Part shown: positions 1 through 12,000 of the stretch, one piece after another
How the letters are laid out: the number at the start of each line of letters is the position of its first letter
How positions within the stretch are numbered: position 1 is the first letter of the stretch
DNA from: Oopsacas minuta
Lineage: Eukaryota; Animalia; Porifera
Assembly: GCA_024704765.1 (NCBI GenBank)
Contig: JAKMXF010000299.1
Coordinates: 1,340,863 to 1,404,862 of the forward strand
Direction of reading: 5' to 3'
DNA: 64,000 nt
Made by a program: the position numbers and the translations under genes
Notes under the pieces: generated by a model
What the model was told of the DNA's origin: nothing
Database searches by the model: none
What the model saw: only the letters and a program-made list of their open reading frames with translations

Positions 1-1904
1 ATATGATCTGAATACTTATCAATCATCAACGAATGTTCTCTTATATGAATTCCTCTCGTGAGGTTCTTGGGGGCAATCACGCGTAAGGCTCCAGCAGTAA
101 TCTGCCAATATGTGAGCGTCCCATCCTGATGTCTTGATGGAATCGCGCGCCCTGTTCTTCGCTTAAATCACCAAGATTTTCAGGAAATCTCTCTACATGG
201 CTATAGAGATAGTGAAGTTTTATGCTCATGCTGGTTGCCAGACTGTGGAGTTCTTGAGCATGCCTTCGACCAGATTCTGGTAGTTAGCCACTTTGGTGTT
301 GCCTAAGAATCCCTTTACATCATCGACAAAAGGAATACCACGCGGCAGCCTCCACTGCAGTCATGTGTGAGGCGAATTCTTCATCTTTTATCAGTTTTCT
401 GATTTGTGGCACATCAAAAATTCCTGTCTTAAATTTTCGATACTCAGACCACGATATACTGATCGGAGGTAGTTTGAAACAGGTACCATCTTTGTCCAAT
501 GCCTTTACGAATTGTTTCATCAGTCCCAACTTGGTATGTAGTGGTGGTTGGATGATACGGTCACGGCTAACTAGTGGCTCGTTAATGATATTCTTTTTCC
601 CCACGACAATCTTTTGACGAACTGGCCAGTTCTTCTTTTCCCAGTGCACCTCATCCGCTCTGCTGTCCCACAAACAAAGAAAGCATGAGTATTTAGTGTA
701 GCCACTTTGCTGTCCTAACAGGATATTGACGATTTTCAAGTCCATACACGTGATCCAGTTATGTTCATCATAAACAGCTTTTGTAGGACCATCTTTACAG
801 TTGCATAGTGCTCTTTCAAGATTACTGAATGGCCGATCGGAACACAGGCAAATTTGTTACCATTATGCAGCAACACGCACTTTAGACTCCGTTTAGAGCT
901 GTAGATAAATAAACGCCACTCATTTGGATTGTATTGGGACAGTCCCATTGCTGAGAGAAGTCCTGGGATGTTATTACCAAAACACGAAACCGCCTTCTTC
1001 ACTGAAGTAGCGAATGAGTTCTTCCGTCGGTAATAGGTTATCTTGGCTTCACTGTAGAGAACATGGTGTTCACTGAGACGGGAAGCCAGGATCTCTGAAG
1101 TATCTTTTGACAAGCCTAAGTCTCTCACTATGTCGTTGAGCTGCCCCTGTGTGAAAGGGTCCGCTTTACTTATCTGTAACAACTCATTACAGCTATTGCT
1201 GCTGTCAGTGCTGTCCGACGATTCATCAATTGCCTCAGTAAACGCAGTATCAGGTAAGGATGTAAAAACAGTCACCTGAATTTCGCTGCAGTGTGGAATT
1301 GGGCGTCTTGCAGAATGTATATCAGGATAGTGCTACGAATTCTTTTTCTGCAGGTTCCATCCAGACATTTTAACCATGCAGAAGTAGCAGTAATCGTGAT
1401 GGTTCTTGAACTCTCGCCAAAGCATTGGTACCCCAAACTTCATGGATTTGGCTTTTCCTTGGGACCATAGGTGGAGTGTTTCTGTACAATATTTGCACAC
1501 TTTGTGAGGGCTCCATGACTTATCCTGATCGCCTAATTTAATACCAAAGTAAGCCTCAAATGCTATTTTGGTGACATCTCTAATATTAAAACGAAGTTCC
1601 TTTTGCCATATATTCACCACAAATATAGCAAAAGACATCAGGATCATTGAGGCAACAACGTCTAATACATTTTGAACCCATAAAAGGTTCTATGTTGTGA
1701 ACAAATAGTTGTAAATGTTGATGTAAACATACAAACCGAAAATATTTGTGGTATTACCTTAAAATTTAAGGTTGTGTAATATCTAGATAACTAGAGCCAA
1801 TTGAGCAAAACTAATTGTATTTTAGGATACAGCAACCCCGATATACCCCAAAAACATTCCAGCAATCTGAGCAAGAGATAGAAATATTTTTTTGTTGATC
1901 TGCG
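1..1904 (-). mobile_element. Chapaev3-like (CMC group) DNA transposon, degraded; runs off the left edge
   Basis: Frameshifted ORFs 1333-1647, 736-1275 and 320-745 carry LGDQDKSWSPHKVCKYC, WREFKNHHDYCYFC, QLNDIVRDLGL, WRLFIYSSKRSLKCVLLHNG, GYTKYSCFLCLWDSR and PPLHTKLGLMKQF. The 5' terminus reads CGCAGATCAACAAAAAA on the - strand (ends 1904), followed by tta (TWA-type target). Confidence 0.8.
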
Positions 1905-2099
1905 TTATTAGGGTGTGATAGAATATGCAAAAATATCTTGATAACTTGAGTATCTTTGGACATGGAAATTAGCCTAATATACCATTCGAAAACAAATATG
2001 CTACTTACTATTACCAAATAATAGATCTAAAGGGATTAAGTCAAAGGAATTAGAAAATTCGGACAATTTATGGTCAAGTTTGTGAAAGTCACACAGCAA

Positions 2100-2748
2100 A
2101 AATATACAACCGTAAGGGTCAACTCGGAATATTTTTCAAATTTATGTCTCACATTTTCCTAGAAAAGAGTAAAGGCAACTTTTGCCTTAGGTAGAAGTTG
2201 AAGCGACGATGTATACTTTTCTCTATCCGACCTATTGGGTAAGCATCTCTCCCACTCTTCAGAAACTGCTTGCTCATTGTTTTCAAATAATTTATCGCTA
2301 TAATCATGGCTATGGACTACAAAACCTTTCTGAAGAATGTTTAGAGGCTTGCAATAAGTATGTCAGAAGCTATAGAGAAGATTTAGCAAGAAAAACATCC
2401 TTTTCTGACAACTTTCGTGATATTTTAGTCAGACTTTTGCGCTTCAGTGACCCTGTATTGGTTTTAAGTCGTCACAAAAGTATTAGAATGGCTAAATCAA
2501 ATTAAGACACCATGCTTGAAACATCTGAACAGGATACCCTTTATGAATCCCTGATAATCTATTAAAATTATGAATTAGTGATTTTAGTGATGACGTCATC
2601 TTCACATATTTTGAGTGATATAATTGAAAATTTGACTTGTCTAGTAAAATGTACGGGATCGATTTTATATATAAGTATAATACAAATATTATCGATTTGA
2701 AGTTACAATTTGGCTAATCCCTCATTTTCGCCTTTTTACCACACTGTG
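2100..2748 (+). mobile_element. Transib (RAG1-core-like) transposon, 3' fragment with terminal inverted repeat
   Basis: ORF 2209-2505 has WVSISPTLQKLLAH...GLQNLSEECLEACNK...LARKTSFSDNFRDILVRL, resembling the Transib/RAG1 C-terminus around the catalytic Glu. The terminus cactgtg at 2742-2748 is CACAGTG on the - strand. Confidence 0.8.
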
Positions 2749-3737
2749 CAGTATTATTTGATAGAATTAGTAGATAAAGGCTCTCTTGAATATCATTCTC
2801 GGCATGTGCTGAAATATGTGAATATCTTATATGAAACCTTTTTCAAATTGACAAGAGTGAGTTCCTAAGCAAGGAATTCTATACTGGATAATCTCGTTGC
2901 TTGTTGGCATCTATATCTATGAGCCTTATTGAAGATAGATACAGTGATAACTGGAAAGATTGTTGTTTTTGTGGGTCTGGAATTAGGATATATTGAGGAA
3001 ATTGGACTTAACATGGTCTAATATCATCCTGTCGATGAGGGTTCACAATTTTACTATCCTGCTTTTAAATAGAGATAACACTAAGTTAAAATATATACCT
3101 AATTTCTTTGTTATTTTATTTTAGATTACGGTATTTAACTATTACTGCATGCCTGCCTAACGAATGGAAAGAGTGAGGGAACGAAGAGCCAGACAATGCA
3201 ATGGAACCTCCCGAAGCGGGGGACCGAATCTTGGGGGTTCAACCTCTCCGCTTTGGGCGGTTTCACTGTAAATGAATTATTATCCTTTTTATCTATATTC
3301 AGTAATATACGTATACTTATCTAGTACTGTATTGTGAATAATGGATTGTGTTTCTACTATTAAAATATTATAGTATGCTAATTATAATTGGACTGGGAGG
3401 TTGTAAATCATTAAAATATAACAACTGTTACATTAGGTGACTTTAGAATAGCGTTGAAAGGCATTATGACAATTATTTGAAATTTTGGAAGTCCATGGTA
3501 ATTGCCATCCATAGTCTTGAATTTGAATAGAGTGCCATTGCCTTAGTGTATAATGCTATGATCCAATCAAAAAATTCTTCGTAGCAATAATTATCACTTA
3601 TTATCATTTATATTATTTAATTTTCCTTTCCAATTTTCTTTCCAATTGTTTATCTCTTGTTCACAATGGATTCAAGCTATGTTACAGGTAATTGAAAGTT
3701 ATTTTGAGAGAAATTTTAATACAATTTAGGGCTTTTA

Positions 3738-4235
3738 TTGATCGAATCATTTCGTTTTAGATCTCTCATATTCTATGACGTTATTGAGGACTCCTACTCA
3801 ATCACTCGTGATTTTCCTCCGAATTCGCCAACAGAGACCCACAGGTTGGCTACCCCTAATTCGCCCTCAATGCCCACCGTTATCGCTTCGAAGACCACCC
3901 CCAAAAGCGAGCTATATCGATGGCATCGATTGATGCCTTGATCATAAAGCACTTGAAAATGCATGGAAAAACAAGAGTATTCTCTGCGTAGGAAGATTCT
4001 AAGACATGAAAAGAGCATCAAACGATTTAAGGCTATTTGAATGAGCAGGTGGATGTGATTCCAGACTTGAATATCACTAACAGGAGCTACGAGATGAGCT
4101 TCTGGAGGAGCGGAACTCGAGGAACGATGAGTGCCTCCGCATTTGCAAGGCTGTGAATATTCATGCGGAATTTGTTTCCAAGTTGGGTGGTACATTCGCC
4201 AACATTTGCGTTGCATTGCAATGAATTGAAAACTA
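3738..4235 (+). pseudogene. Unidentified decayed coding-like segment (Pro/Ser-rich, then coiled-coil-like)
   Basis: GC-richer than its flanks. Frames can be joined across 1-bp shifts: PPNSPTETHRLATPNSPSMP / QEYSLRRKILRHEKSIKRF / QELRDELLEERNSRNDECLRICK. No family recognised. Confidence 0.25.
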
Positions 4236-4749
4236 TATGTTATTTTTATTAATTAATTAAATACAATATATCACATTTCGACACTTTTGAGGGATAGGGG
4301 AATCTTGTTATGTGACTATAGAAGTAGCAATTCTTTTGCCTGCAAACCTACAAAACTGATATTGCTACATAACAAACAGCATACATTACATAACTCTGCC
4401 AAAGTATGATAACAATTTTGTTCTGTTTGTGCGTCTAACACAATGCTAAGATGGTGTATATATTCTGTGGTTGTATCAACGGCAGTCCTTCAGAAAATCG
4501 ATATACATGTTGGTGACTTCTTTTGTGTGCTTGGCAACTTGGTGCCAACTAATAAATTACTGTCAAGTTTTAAATTCTATCAACTTTCTTTGATAACATC
4601 AACATTGTTACGTACGAACCAAAGTCCCGTCTCATTGAGCCTCGAGCTATCCTCTATTCTCCAAATTAACGGCCTATTTGAGTATTATAATATGTATATT
4701 TTGAACCATGTAATTCACAAATGTACATATATGGCATAAATATTATTCA

Positions 4750-5080
4750 ATTATGAGAAACTTAAAAATGCGAAATTCTGGTTCAGCGTATTTAGTTACC
4801 CCTGGGTAGCCGTTTGGAGCAAGTCTGTTCGATATTTTGAGATTAGGATAGTTTGTTAACTTTATATTCATAAAACAACAATAGATTTACATAAAAATCC
4901 AAAGTGTGAAAATCCGATTCAGCATATTTGATATCTTTAGTGAAGTTTTATCGAATCGTATTACTTCCTTGATAAACACGATAAATACATAGTTATGCGA
5001 CAATTTCAATATTGCATGTCGTAAATCCTTTCCTTGATAATGGGCAAACAAACAGACACCAATATATTTAATAATATAAA
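4750..5080 (-). repeat. Copy of a dispersed non-autonomous Helitron-like repeat family
   Basis: Shares gaaattc(t/g)ggttcagc, gattcagcatat and aatcctttccttga...caaacaaacagac blocks with 6065-6420 and 49751-50556. Confidence 0.55.
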
Positions 5081-5210
5081 TCTATCAAAGAATAGGCGCA
5101 ATCGAATCCATCTGGCGTAATTCTGAATTACATGGATATACAAAGAGGAGAGAAAAACTACTCAATATAGCTGATATGTATTTTTGAGAAAAGTACGCAC
5201 TTACAGAAAC

Positions 5211-5859
5211 TTAATAGTCGATTACTATATATGGAGAGAATCCAATTTGCGTAAAATCAAGAGATCTCGAACTGGGGAAAAAATCTTCAGAGGATAAAGG
5301 ATCCCATCCAACCTTTTCCCTGCGTTTAAGCTCACTAAAAAACGCTATAAAAGCTGATTTAATTATTGTAAGAGCCACTAATTCTCTACTATCACGTTTT
5401 CTTCGATTTTCACAGGGAATATAAGTGTCCTCTCCCTTTGATTTCATCACCTCTTGATGAAGGGCCATAAAATCATGATATATTTCCTCTAGTGTTTTTC
5501 GGCCTTTGAAGCGTAAGTCCTTACTGGTTCTAGTTGCTGCGTAAGCTCTGTAACTAGTAATACGGTACATTTCCTCTGGGAGTCTGCAACACTCCCTAAT
5601 ACAATTCAAACCCAAGATTCTTTCACCATTTTAATATTATATTCAAGGTCAGTGATATACTTATCACTGTGGTAAATTGGGTGACTAAATGTGTAGTCCG
5701 GTGGCGGCGTCTATCTAAAAGAAGGTCTCTATGATGTACACCCCCATTAGACACCAATAATTCAATCAATTTCTCTTTTTTCTTCCCGATGAACCCGGAC
5801 ATTTCTATGTAGCATTCTTTTATGTAAGGAAGCATAGGGAATTCGTATCTTGATACCAT
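5211..5859 (-). pseudogene. BRCT-domain protein fragment with two 1-bp frameshifts (pseudogene or assembly error)
   Basis: Joining three frames gives CYIEMSGFIGKKKEKLIELLVSNGG...TTHLVTQFTT-SDKYITDLEYNIKMVKESWV-LNCIRECCRLPEEMY. This fits the BRCT pattern (SG..GG, THLV, KY, W, then C...L.E..Y). Orthologue not identifiable. Confidence 0.65.
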
Positions 5860-6064
5860 TTTCCAATTTTGTTCTGAGGGTGAAGAAGTTGACTGATATT
5901 ATTGACTTTCGAGAAAAAATTACTTAAGCATTCTGGCAGGATAGGGACTAATATATTATTATATTATGGCATTTCCTTGTTACCTTTGGTATCAAATTTC
6001 TCTATTATCAAATTACATGATTAGCAAATCTACGATCTTCTATTGTATCATATAAACACCATAA

Positions 6065-6420
6065 ATTTACACATGAGAAACTTGAAATACGAAATTCGGG
6101 TTCAGCATACTCGGTTATACCTATATACCTATTGAAAGCAGGTCTCTACGATTATTTTTAAATTTTAACTTTGTAAGATTTCAATTATTTGTTTACTTTA
6201 TATTCATAATAACAACACACTAAATTTGACCTTAAAAAACGAAATTCAGATTCAGCATATTGTAAAATTTGCAATTCCGAGATGTCGCATGACTATATAT
6301 TTATCTTGTTTATACAAGGAGACACATAATTCAATGAGACTTGGCTAAAACGAATTGAATATAATCAATATTGCTTGTAATGAATCCTTTCCTTGACAAC
6401 AGACAAACTGACAGGCTACC
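6065..6420 (-). repeat. Second copy of the Helitron-like dispersed repeat
   Basis: Contains gagaaacttgaaatacgaaattcgggttcagcatactcggttatac, cgaaattcagattcagcatat and aatcctttccttgacaacagacaaac, colinear with 4750-5080. Confidence 0.55.
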
Positions 6421-7043
6421 CAAAATCTTCGAAATTAATACTACGTAGATGTACATATGATATGACCTCAAGAGGGAGGGATTTATTCCACATTGGCCAA
6501 TTGCTCTGGAAAACCTTGCTCTGATTATTACGTAATTGTCTTCGTATGGCTTTTTAATGCTTGCTAACATGTGTGATTGGAATGCATGATCAGATATGTA
6601 GTCTGGAAATGCCTGGATAACTATATCGGTGCAGAGTTCTTGTAAGTTGTGATGTGTGAAATTAGAGCTTACGCTATCATATAAAAAAATGAACTTCTAT
6701 TTATTGATTGTTTAACTGAAATAGCCACACGCTTTAAATCATAAGAAAGAAATGTTAATCTCATATCTTGGCATTTAGGATGTTGTGTCACTCAATTATT
6801 TAGGGATTTAATCATTGGCTCTCGTTAAGGGCCCAGCTTCATTTCCCCTCCGGGCTCCACACAGGATCCGTTACTCTACATCCCGTATCTGATTTGACTA
6901 CCTCACGAATATTGTAACTCTTGTCAATTTAGTCATTGTTTCACCATTTACTCAGTGTAATTCAGTAACACGATAAATGAACTAATTAATTTGACAATAG
7001 ATTGCACTTCGTCTAGCATGTGCTCATATCAAATTTGAATTTA

Positions 7044-8340
7044 CATCGGGCATTCAAAAGGTTCCTGACCCTCTCCATTTTTGTAACTATACAGAATATA
7101 CATGTACAATTGTTTATAATTTCTCGAAATACTCACCATTATCATATATGACTCGCTGTAGACGATCTAGCCATTTGAAACATTTTATAGTCTCCGGGCG
7201 GGGTGTCTTTTAGGGATCTCCATATTGCGTTCCATAGATCGATTCTGGTATCAAGTTGCCTGCCTGTAAGGTCCTTTTTCAACTTTGCAAAGAGCCAGAA
7301 ATCACAAAGATCGGGATCGGGTGAGTAGGGTAGGTGATCTAGCTCTACAACTCAAATTCTATCCAACTCTGACTTTATGAGCTTAGTTTTATGCGGTCGT
7401 ACATTATCGTGCAATAATTGCATTCCTCACGGTCTAGAGTTTGGCGTCGCCCCCAGTAATATTTTTCTATTTCTGAGAGGCAACTGTTGGCATAAAAGTC
7501 CGGGTAATTGTCTACCCTTTTTGGTATTATAATCTAGGCAACTGGGCCATGTGCATCAAAGAAAATTGAGTACAGGAACTTCTGATCTCTGAAGTCCGGC
7601 CTAAGATTGAGAGGGGACGCCTCACCTTTTACAACCCATACCTTACTTCTTTCTTTGGATACTGGCTCGTCGTATCTTATCCAAATCCCGTCACCAGTAA
7701 TGATTTCTGCCAGCCTTCTTGGAATTGAGTCTTTATACTCGGAGAACATTTTCTTGCACAAGTTACCCGATGGTACTTTTAGAACTTTGTAAGGGAATGC
7801 GGGATCGACTTCTGACAATTTTGCTAACTTTCAGCTCATCGATAAGTATGGAATGCACAGCTCCCGTTGAGATCCCTACACTCATAGCTAACTCCTCAAC
7901 AGTGATATGGGGATCTTCCACTCTCCAGCGAATTTCAAAGGTGTTGCTGCTAGTGACGACGGATCTGGGACGCCCGATTCGTTCCTCATCTTACAGTCAC
8001 CCTCGTCCTTCAAGAAACCGCTTGGCCAACTCCTTCACAGTAATATAAAATGCTAGCATCTCCATAAACGACTTCCAAGTCAATGAGAATATCCTTCGGG
8101 CCAATACCAAGAAGCGTGCAAATTTTGGTATAGGATCTTTGCTAAAATTTAAATTTGAAGCCATAAATACTAGAAAATACAAAGGGATTTCAATTAGTTC
8201 CTAACCCTAGCTATTGCTATTATTGTTTAACCACATGTATTTACTATTTGCATCTAATTTATAGCTTAGATTTTCGTCAATTTAGGACACTATACTTTGC
8301 GGAGATTGATCTAATATTTTTTTAGATACACCCTTTTGAA
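7044..8340 (-). mobile_element. Mariner transposon, degraded, near full length, 5' TIR truncated
   Basis: TA plus CATCGGGCATTCAAAAGG terminus at 7042-7061. Fragments include IITGDGIWIRYDEP, SIFFDAHG, a DEERSGRP HTH region and a GEYF C-terminus; many frameshifts. Confidence 0.8.
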
Positions 8341-9511
8341 GATAGTTTATAGCAACCACAGAGGATTTTATGGCTTCAAAATCTAATGAATTTCTACTTG
8401 AACAAAGAGCATACATCAAAATCCGCTCATTACTCGGCGATACGTCAAGGAATATCCACCAAGATTTAGTACAGGTATATGGTGAGGAGGCCTGTTCGGA
8501 ATCAACCGTTAAGAAGTGGAGTCTACGTTTTGTGAAGGTAGGGTGTCGGTTGAAGATGACCCTCGGTTAGGGCAACCTATAATTTCTACCACTGCAAACA
8601 GTATTGCTCTTGTAGCTGAAATGTGTGACTCTGTTCCCCATATTACGATAGAGCAGTTAGCTACCAGCCTAACCTTGTCAATGGGAAGTGTTCATACAAT
8701 TCTGACCAAGCATCTTGGCATGTTCAAGGTTTGCTCACGTTGGGTCCCACATTTGTTGAATCAGACTCAAAGAAGACCCGGGTGAGAATTGCAAAAAACT
8801 GGTTAAAAAGTATGACCAATGTGATGAGAGGCGACTATTTGAAATATGTACCGGTGATGAGACGTGGATAAGATATTCAGAGCCAACTCGCAAAGAACAG
8901 AACAAGGTATGGATTGTAAAAGGGAGTTCTCCCCCAGCACTACCAAGACCGGATCATTGGGCTACCAAAGTAATGTACACCATATTTTTCGATGCACATG
9001 GTTCAGTCTGCCAAATCTGTACTCCTAAGGGGCAAACAGTTACCGGGCACTTTTATGCAACAGTTGTTCTTCCGGGAATCGAAAAGATTATATTGAACGT
9101 CAGCCAGCCGTGGGTCTTAGAGGAATCAGAATTTTGCATGATAATGCCAGACCGCACATAGCTAAGGAAGTCAAGTAAAAGATTGCTTCTATAGGTCTTG
9201 AGGAATTGGAACATCCACCCTATAGCCTTGACCTAGCACTGTGCGACTTTTAGTTGTTCGATGGGCTCAAAAAGCGCCTAGCAAGTACAGCTTTTGGAGA
9301 ACGGATGCAAATTGGAAGGGCCATCCAACGGTACCTCAGAGACATACCACAGGAAGAATATAAGAAAACATTTTTTAAGTAGATGGAGCGTTTAAAGCTT
9401 GTAGTTGAGCACAAGGGAGACTACTTTGAACATATATAGTAGTATTTGAGGCTTATCTCACTTATATAATACAAATATTCTAAGAGTTACGACTTAAATG
9501 AATACCCTTTG
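8341..9511 (+). mobile_element. Mariner transposon, degraded, 5' end missing
   Basis: Fragments EQRAYIKIR, SVEDDPRLGQP, KVCSRWVPHLL, ICTGDETW, TIFFDAHG, EHPPYSLDLALCDF and GDYFE. 3' TIR gacttaaatgaataccctttg ends at 9511, followed by TA. Confidence 0.85.
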
Positions 9512-9939
9512 TACAAGGGTAAAAACTGAGGAATTTAAAATGATCGTAACTAGAAAATTATTTGTGTTATGGTGAAAGTTGTAGTAGTTCTGGATAGATG
9601 ATAGAATGAGGTTCATTATAAATACAGATAGGTAACATAATATCCTATATCTTCAAATTCTATTACCAAGGTCGAGAACTCTATGAACGCCCGTTGTAGT
9701 AATTTTGATTATTTTAAGAATCAACCAACTGTGTCACAGAATAATGAAATAATTATACTGTAATGCAGCCACCCCGCAACCTCGGATTGATTTCATGCAG
9801 GTTCGAAGCTCGTTTCACATAACAATGGCCTTAGGTTAATTTTGTTTGATTCGATATACGAATATATAGGTTACTATAGATTCATTTCACAAAGACCAGA
9901 ACCAAATATTACACAACGTAATAACAACAAAACATTATA

Positions 9940-10130
9940 CAGGGGTAATCGCGTATGCTGATTCCGATTATGATATTGTAACAACTTTTTATAAATATTT
10001 GCTTACCCTTAGGTACATAAAGTAGACAAATTTATTGGTTTTGGCAGAATCATGCTTTCAAGGACTATACTGGGGTAATCGAGTATGCTTAGGCCGAATG
10101 TGTTATTCTAAACAACATTTCATAAATATT
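9940..10130 (+). repeat. Partial copy of the same dispersed repeat family, in opposite orientation
   Basis: Two ggggtaatcg(c/a)gtatgct units are the reverse complement of the agc(g/a)ta..(c)ggttac(c/a) blocks at 4786-4805 and 6106-6122. Confidence 0.4.
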
Positions 10131-10266
10131 TTTGGGGCTATAAATTTATTGTGATAGGCAATACAGCTGCAAAGAAGTTGTACAAGTGCGTTAACTACCA
10201 CTTCATGTAAGTAAGCACCCTAGCCTTACAAACGAATTAGAGAGCTAACGTTGATGTATTCACTCG

Positions 10267-11222
10267 ATGGCTGTAGGCCCGAGTGAGTGTTCGCAACCGA
10301 GTAGCGCTTTTCATACATTAAGTAGAAGCTCATCATCACAAGTGCCTATTTGTTGTGACGGGCACTTTCAAATGTGTTACAATCTTGACAAGTTAGATAT
10401 GCAGATCAGAGTTTCCTTAATAACATCTCCTATATTGCAGGATCTAGGTAAATGTGTGGTTTATTCCCCAATGACCGAATATGTTTCATCCATTGGGAAC
10501 TTTACTTTGTATAATATGGAATTTGATCTATTTGACGATAATCAGCTTAAAATTTCGGCTTCCTCACCAAGCGATTATCCTTCGTACCAAAATTTCATGG
10601 GATACATGATAAAATCTTTGTTTGGATTATGATAACCATAAGCTATTACCACTTCAACTTGTCTGAATCTTAATTGTTCTTAGATTATACTTGGTTTTAC
10701 TGGATAGATATCCACAGTATGTTTCAAGATAATTGCAATTTTGGAAATGTGTTGCCTTCATAAGGGTAGTCGTTTCACTTACAGTTTTATAAAGTCTAGC
10801 CCCATGGTGATAGTTTGGTTTATTAAAGCAGAAATGACGAGTATTTTCTATACCTGAAGTTTGATAAGAAGTAAGTGTTTGAGTGGTGACAAATTGTGTT
10901 TTTCATTTGTTGGTTTGTGAAACAAAAGGAAGTGTTTGACAACAATGAACCACCTGCTTTTATTTCTAGGAATATCATGCTCGGGTTGAAATTTGACGAG
11001 CTTTTCCCCTGTGTATCTCTATCTCAACCTCCTGTTTTTACGCCTGTCCATCTACCTAGTTATTCCCTTCTCCACACTCCTGCCTCTTCCCAATCACCTG
11101 ACAGCACGAGTGTTGTGGAAACTAAGCGAAATGTGTCAACTAATGAAATAGATGCGTGTGTCCAAATATATGGTTATTTAGGGATGTTGTGGAGATTTGT
11201 TGCATTAAATATTTCTGGATAG
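10267..11222 (+). pseudogene. Unidentified interrupted coding-like region
   Basis: Two same-strand ORFs (121 and 108 aa) with protein-like composition, linked by a stop- and frameshift-riddled stretch (e.g. YSFIKSSPMVIVWFIK). No family recognised. Confidence 0.25.
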
Positions 11223-11289
11223 CTTGTAACATAAAGACTTCGAAAACCAATTTGCCAATTTCAGAATTCAAAAATGTGACCACAGTGCA

Positions 11290-12000
11290 CAATTTTTAGT
11301 ACATTAGTTATATTTTCACCTGCAAAATACAACCAATGCGCACAATTTTAGGTAATCCAATTATATATCAACATTCGGAATTAGCGTAAATTTTTCCCTC
11401 GTTCAAGTGAGCTTAACCATATTTGTAGTTTTTCTTCCCCTAGTAACGCAATAATGCCTCAGGATTTTAACAATATTCCATTTTAATTTATCCAAAACTT
11501 ATCCAGTCCTTGTTTGACACCGCAAGTCGAGCTGAGCATAGTTATGCGCACATTAACCTTCTATATTGTCCTTTGACTTGACTGTGGGATCATTAACTGC
11601 CATACCTCATTGTAGTTTATCTGCACCTTTATTCGAGTCGCTTATGACTTTCATCGTGTACTTACACTGAATTTTCACGGTTTGTTGGGTTCTTCCTCTC
11701 CAAATATTTTCTTTTAGATAGTGGATTTCCTCGGGCCCAATTTTTATTTGATCTTATGTTTATGCTGTTATTTGTGATCAGCGTGTAATTCCCAGTCGTT
11801 GAAAAAAATTGTCACTTCAACTTCTTTTGCCCCTAGTACCGCAAGAATGCCATTTTCTTAACCTTATCGTGTGACCCCTTGTACTATGTAGCTAAGCTTG
11901 CTGACTCTGCTCATGCTCTTATCGACACTCTGAACTACCTTTTATGATGATATACCATATCGATCACTGTTGTCTCTTGATATTACTAACATATTTTCAT
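11290..12000. repeat. Old dispersed repeat homologous to about 41850-42370
   Basis: Shared blocks: tgtgggat(c/a)att(a/t)actgc(c/a)atacctcatt, agtcgctta(t/c)gacttt(c/a)atc, gaattttcac, cacaattttaggt(t)aatccaat and gatcactgt(t/g)gtctct. Confidence 0.55.

Noticed and set aside
6331-6700. Open minus-strand frame as an upstream exon of the BRCT gene
   Set aside because: Its 3' part lies in the Helitron-like repeat, no domain is recognisable and no consistent splice sites were found.
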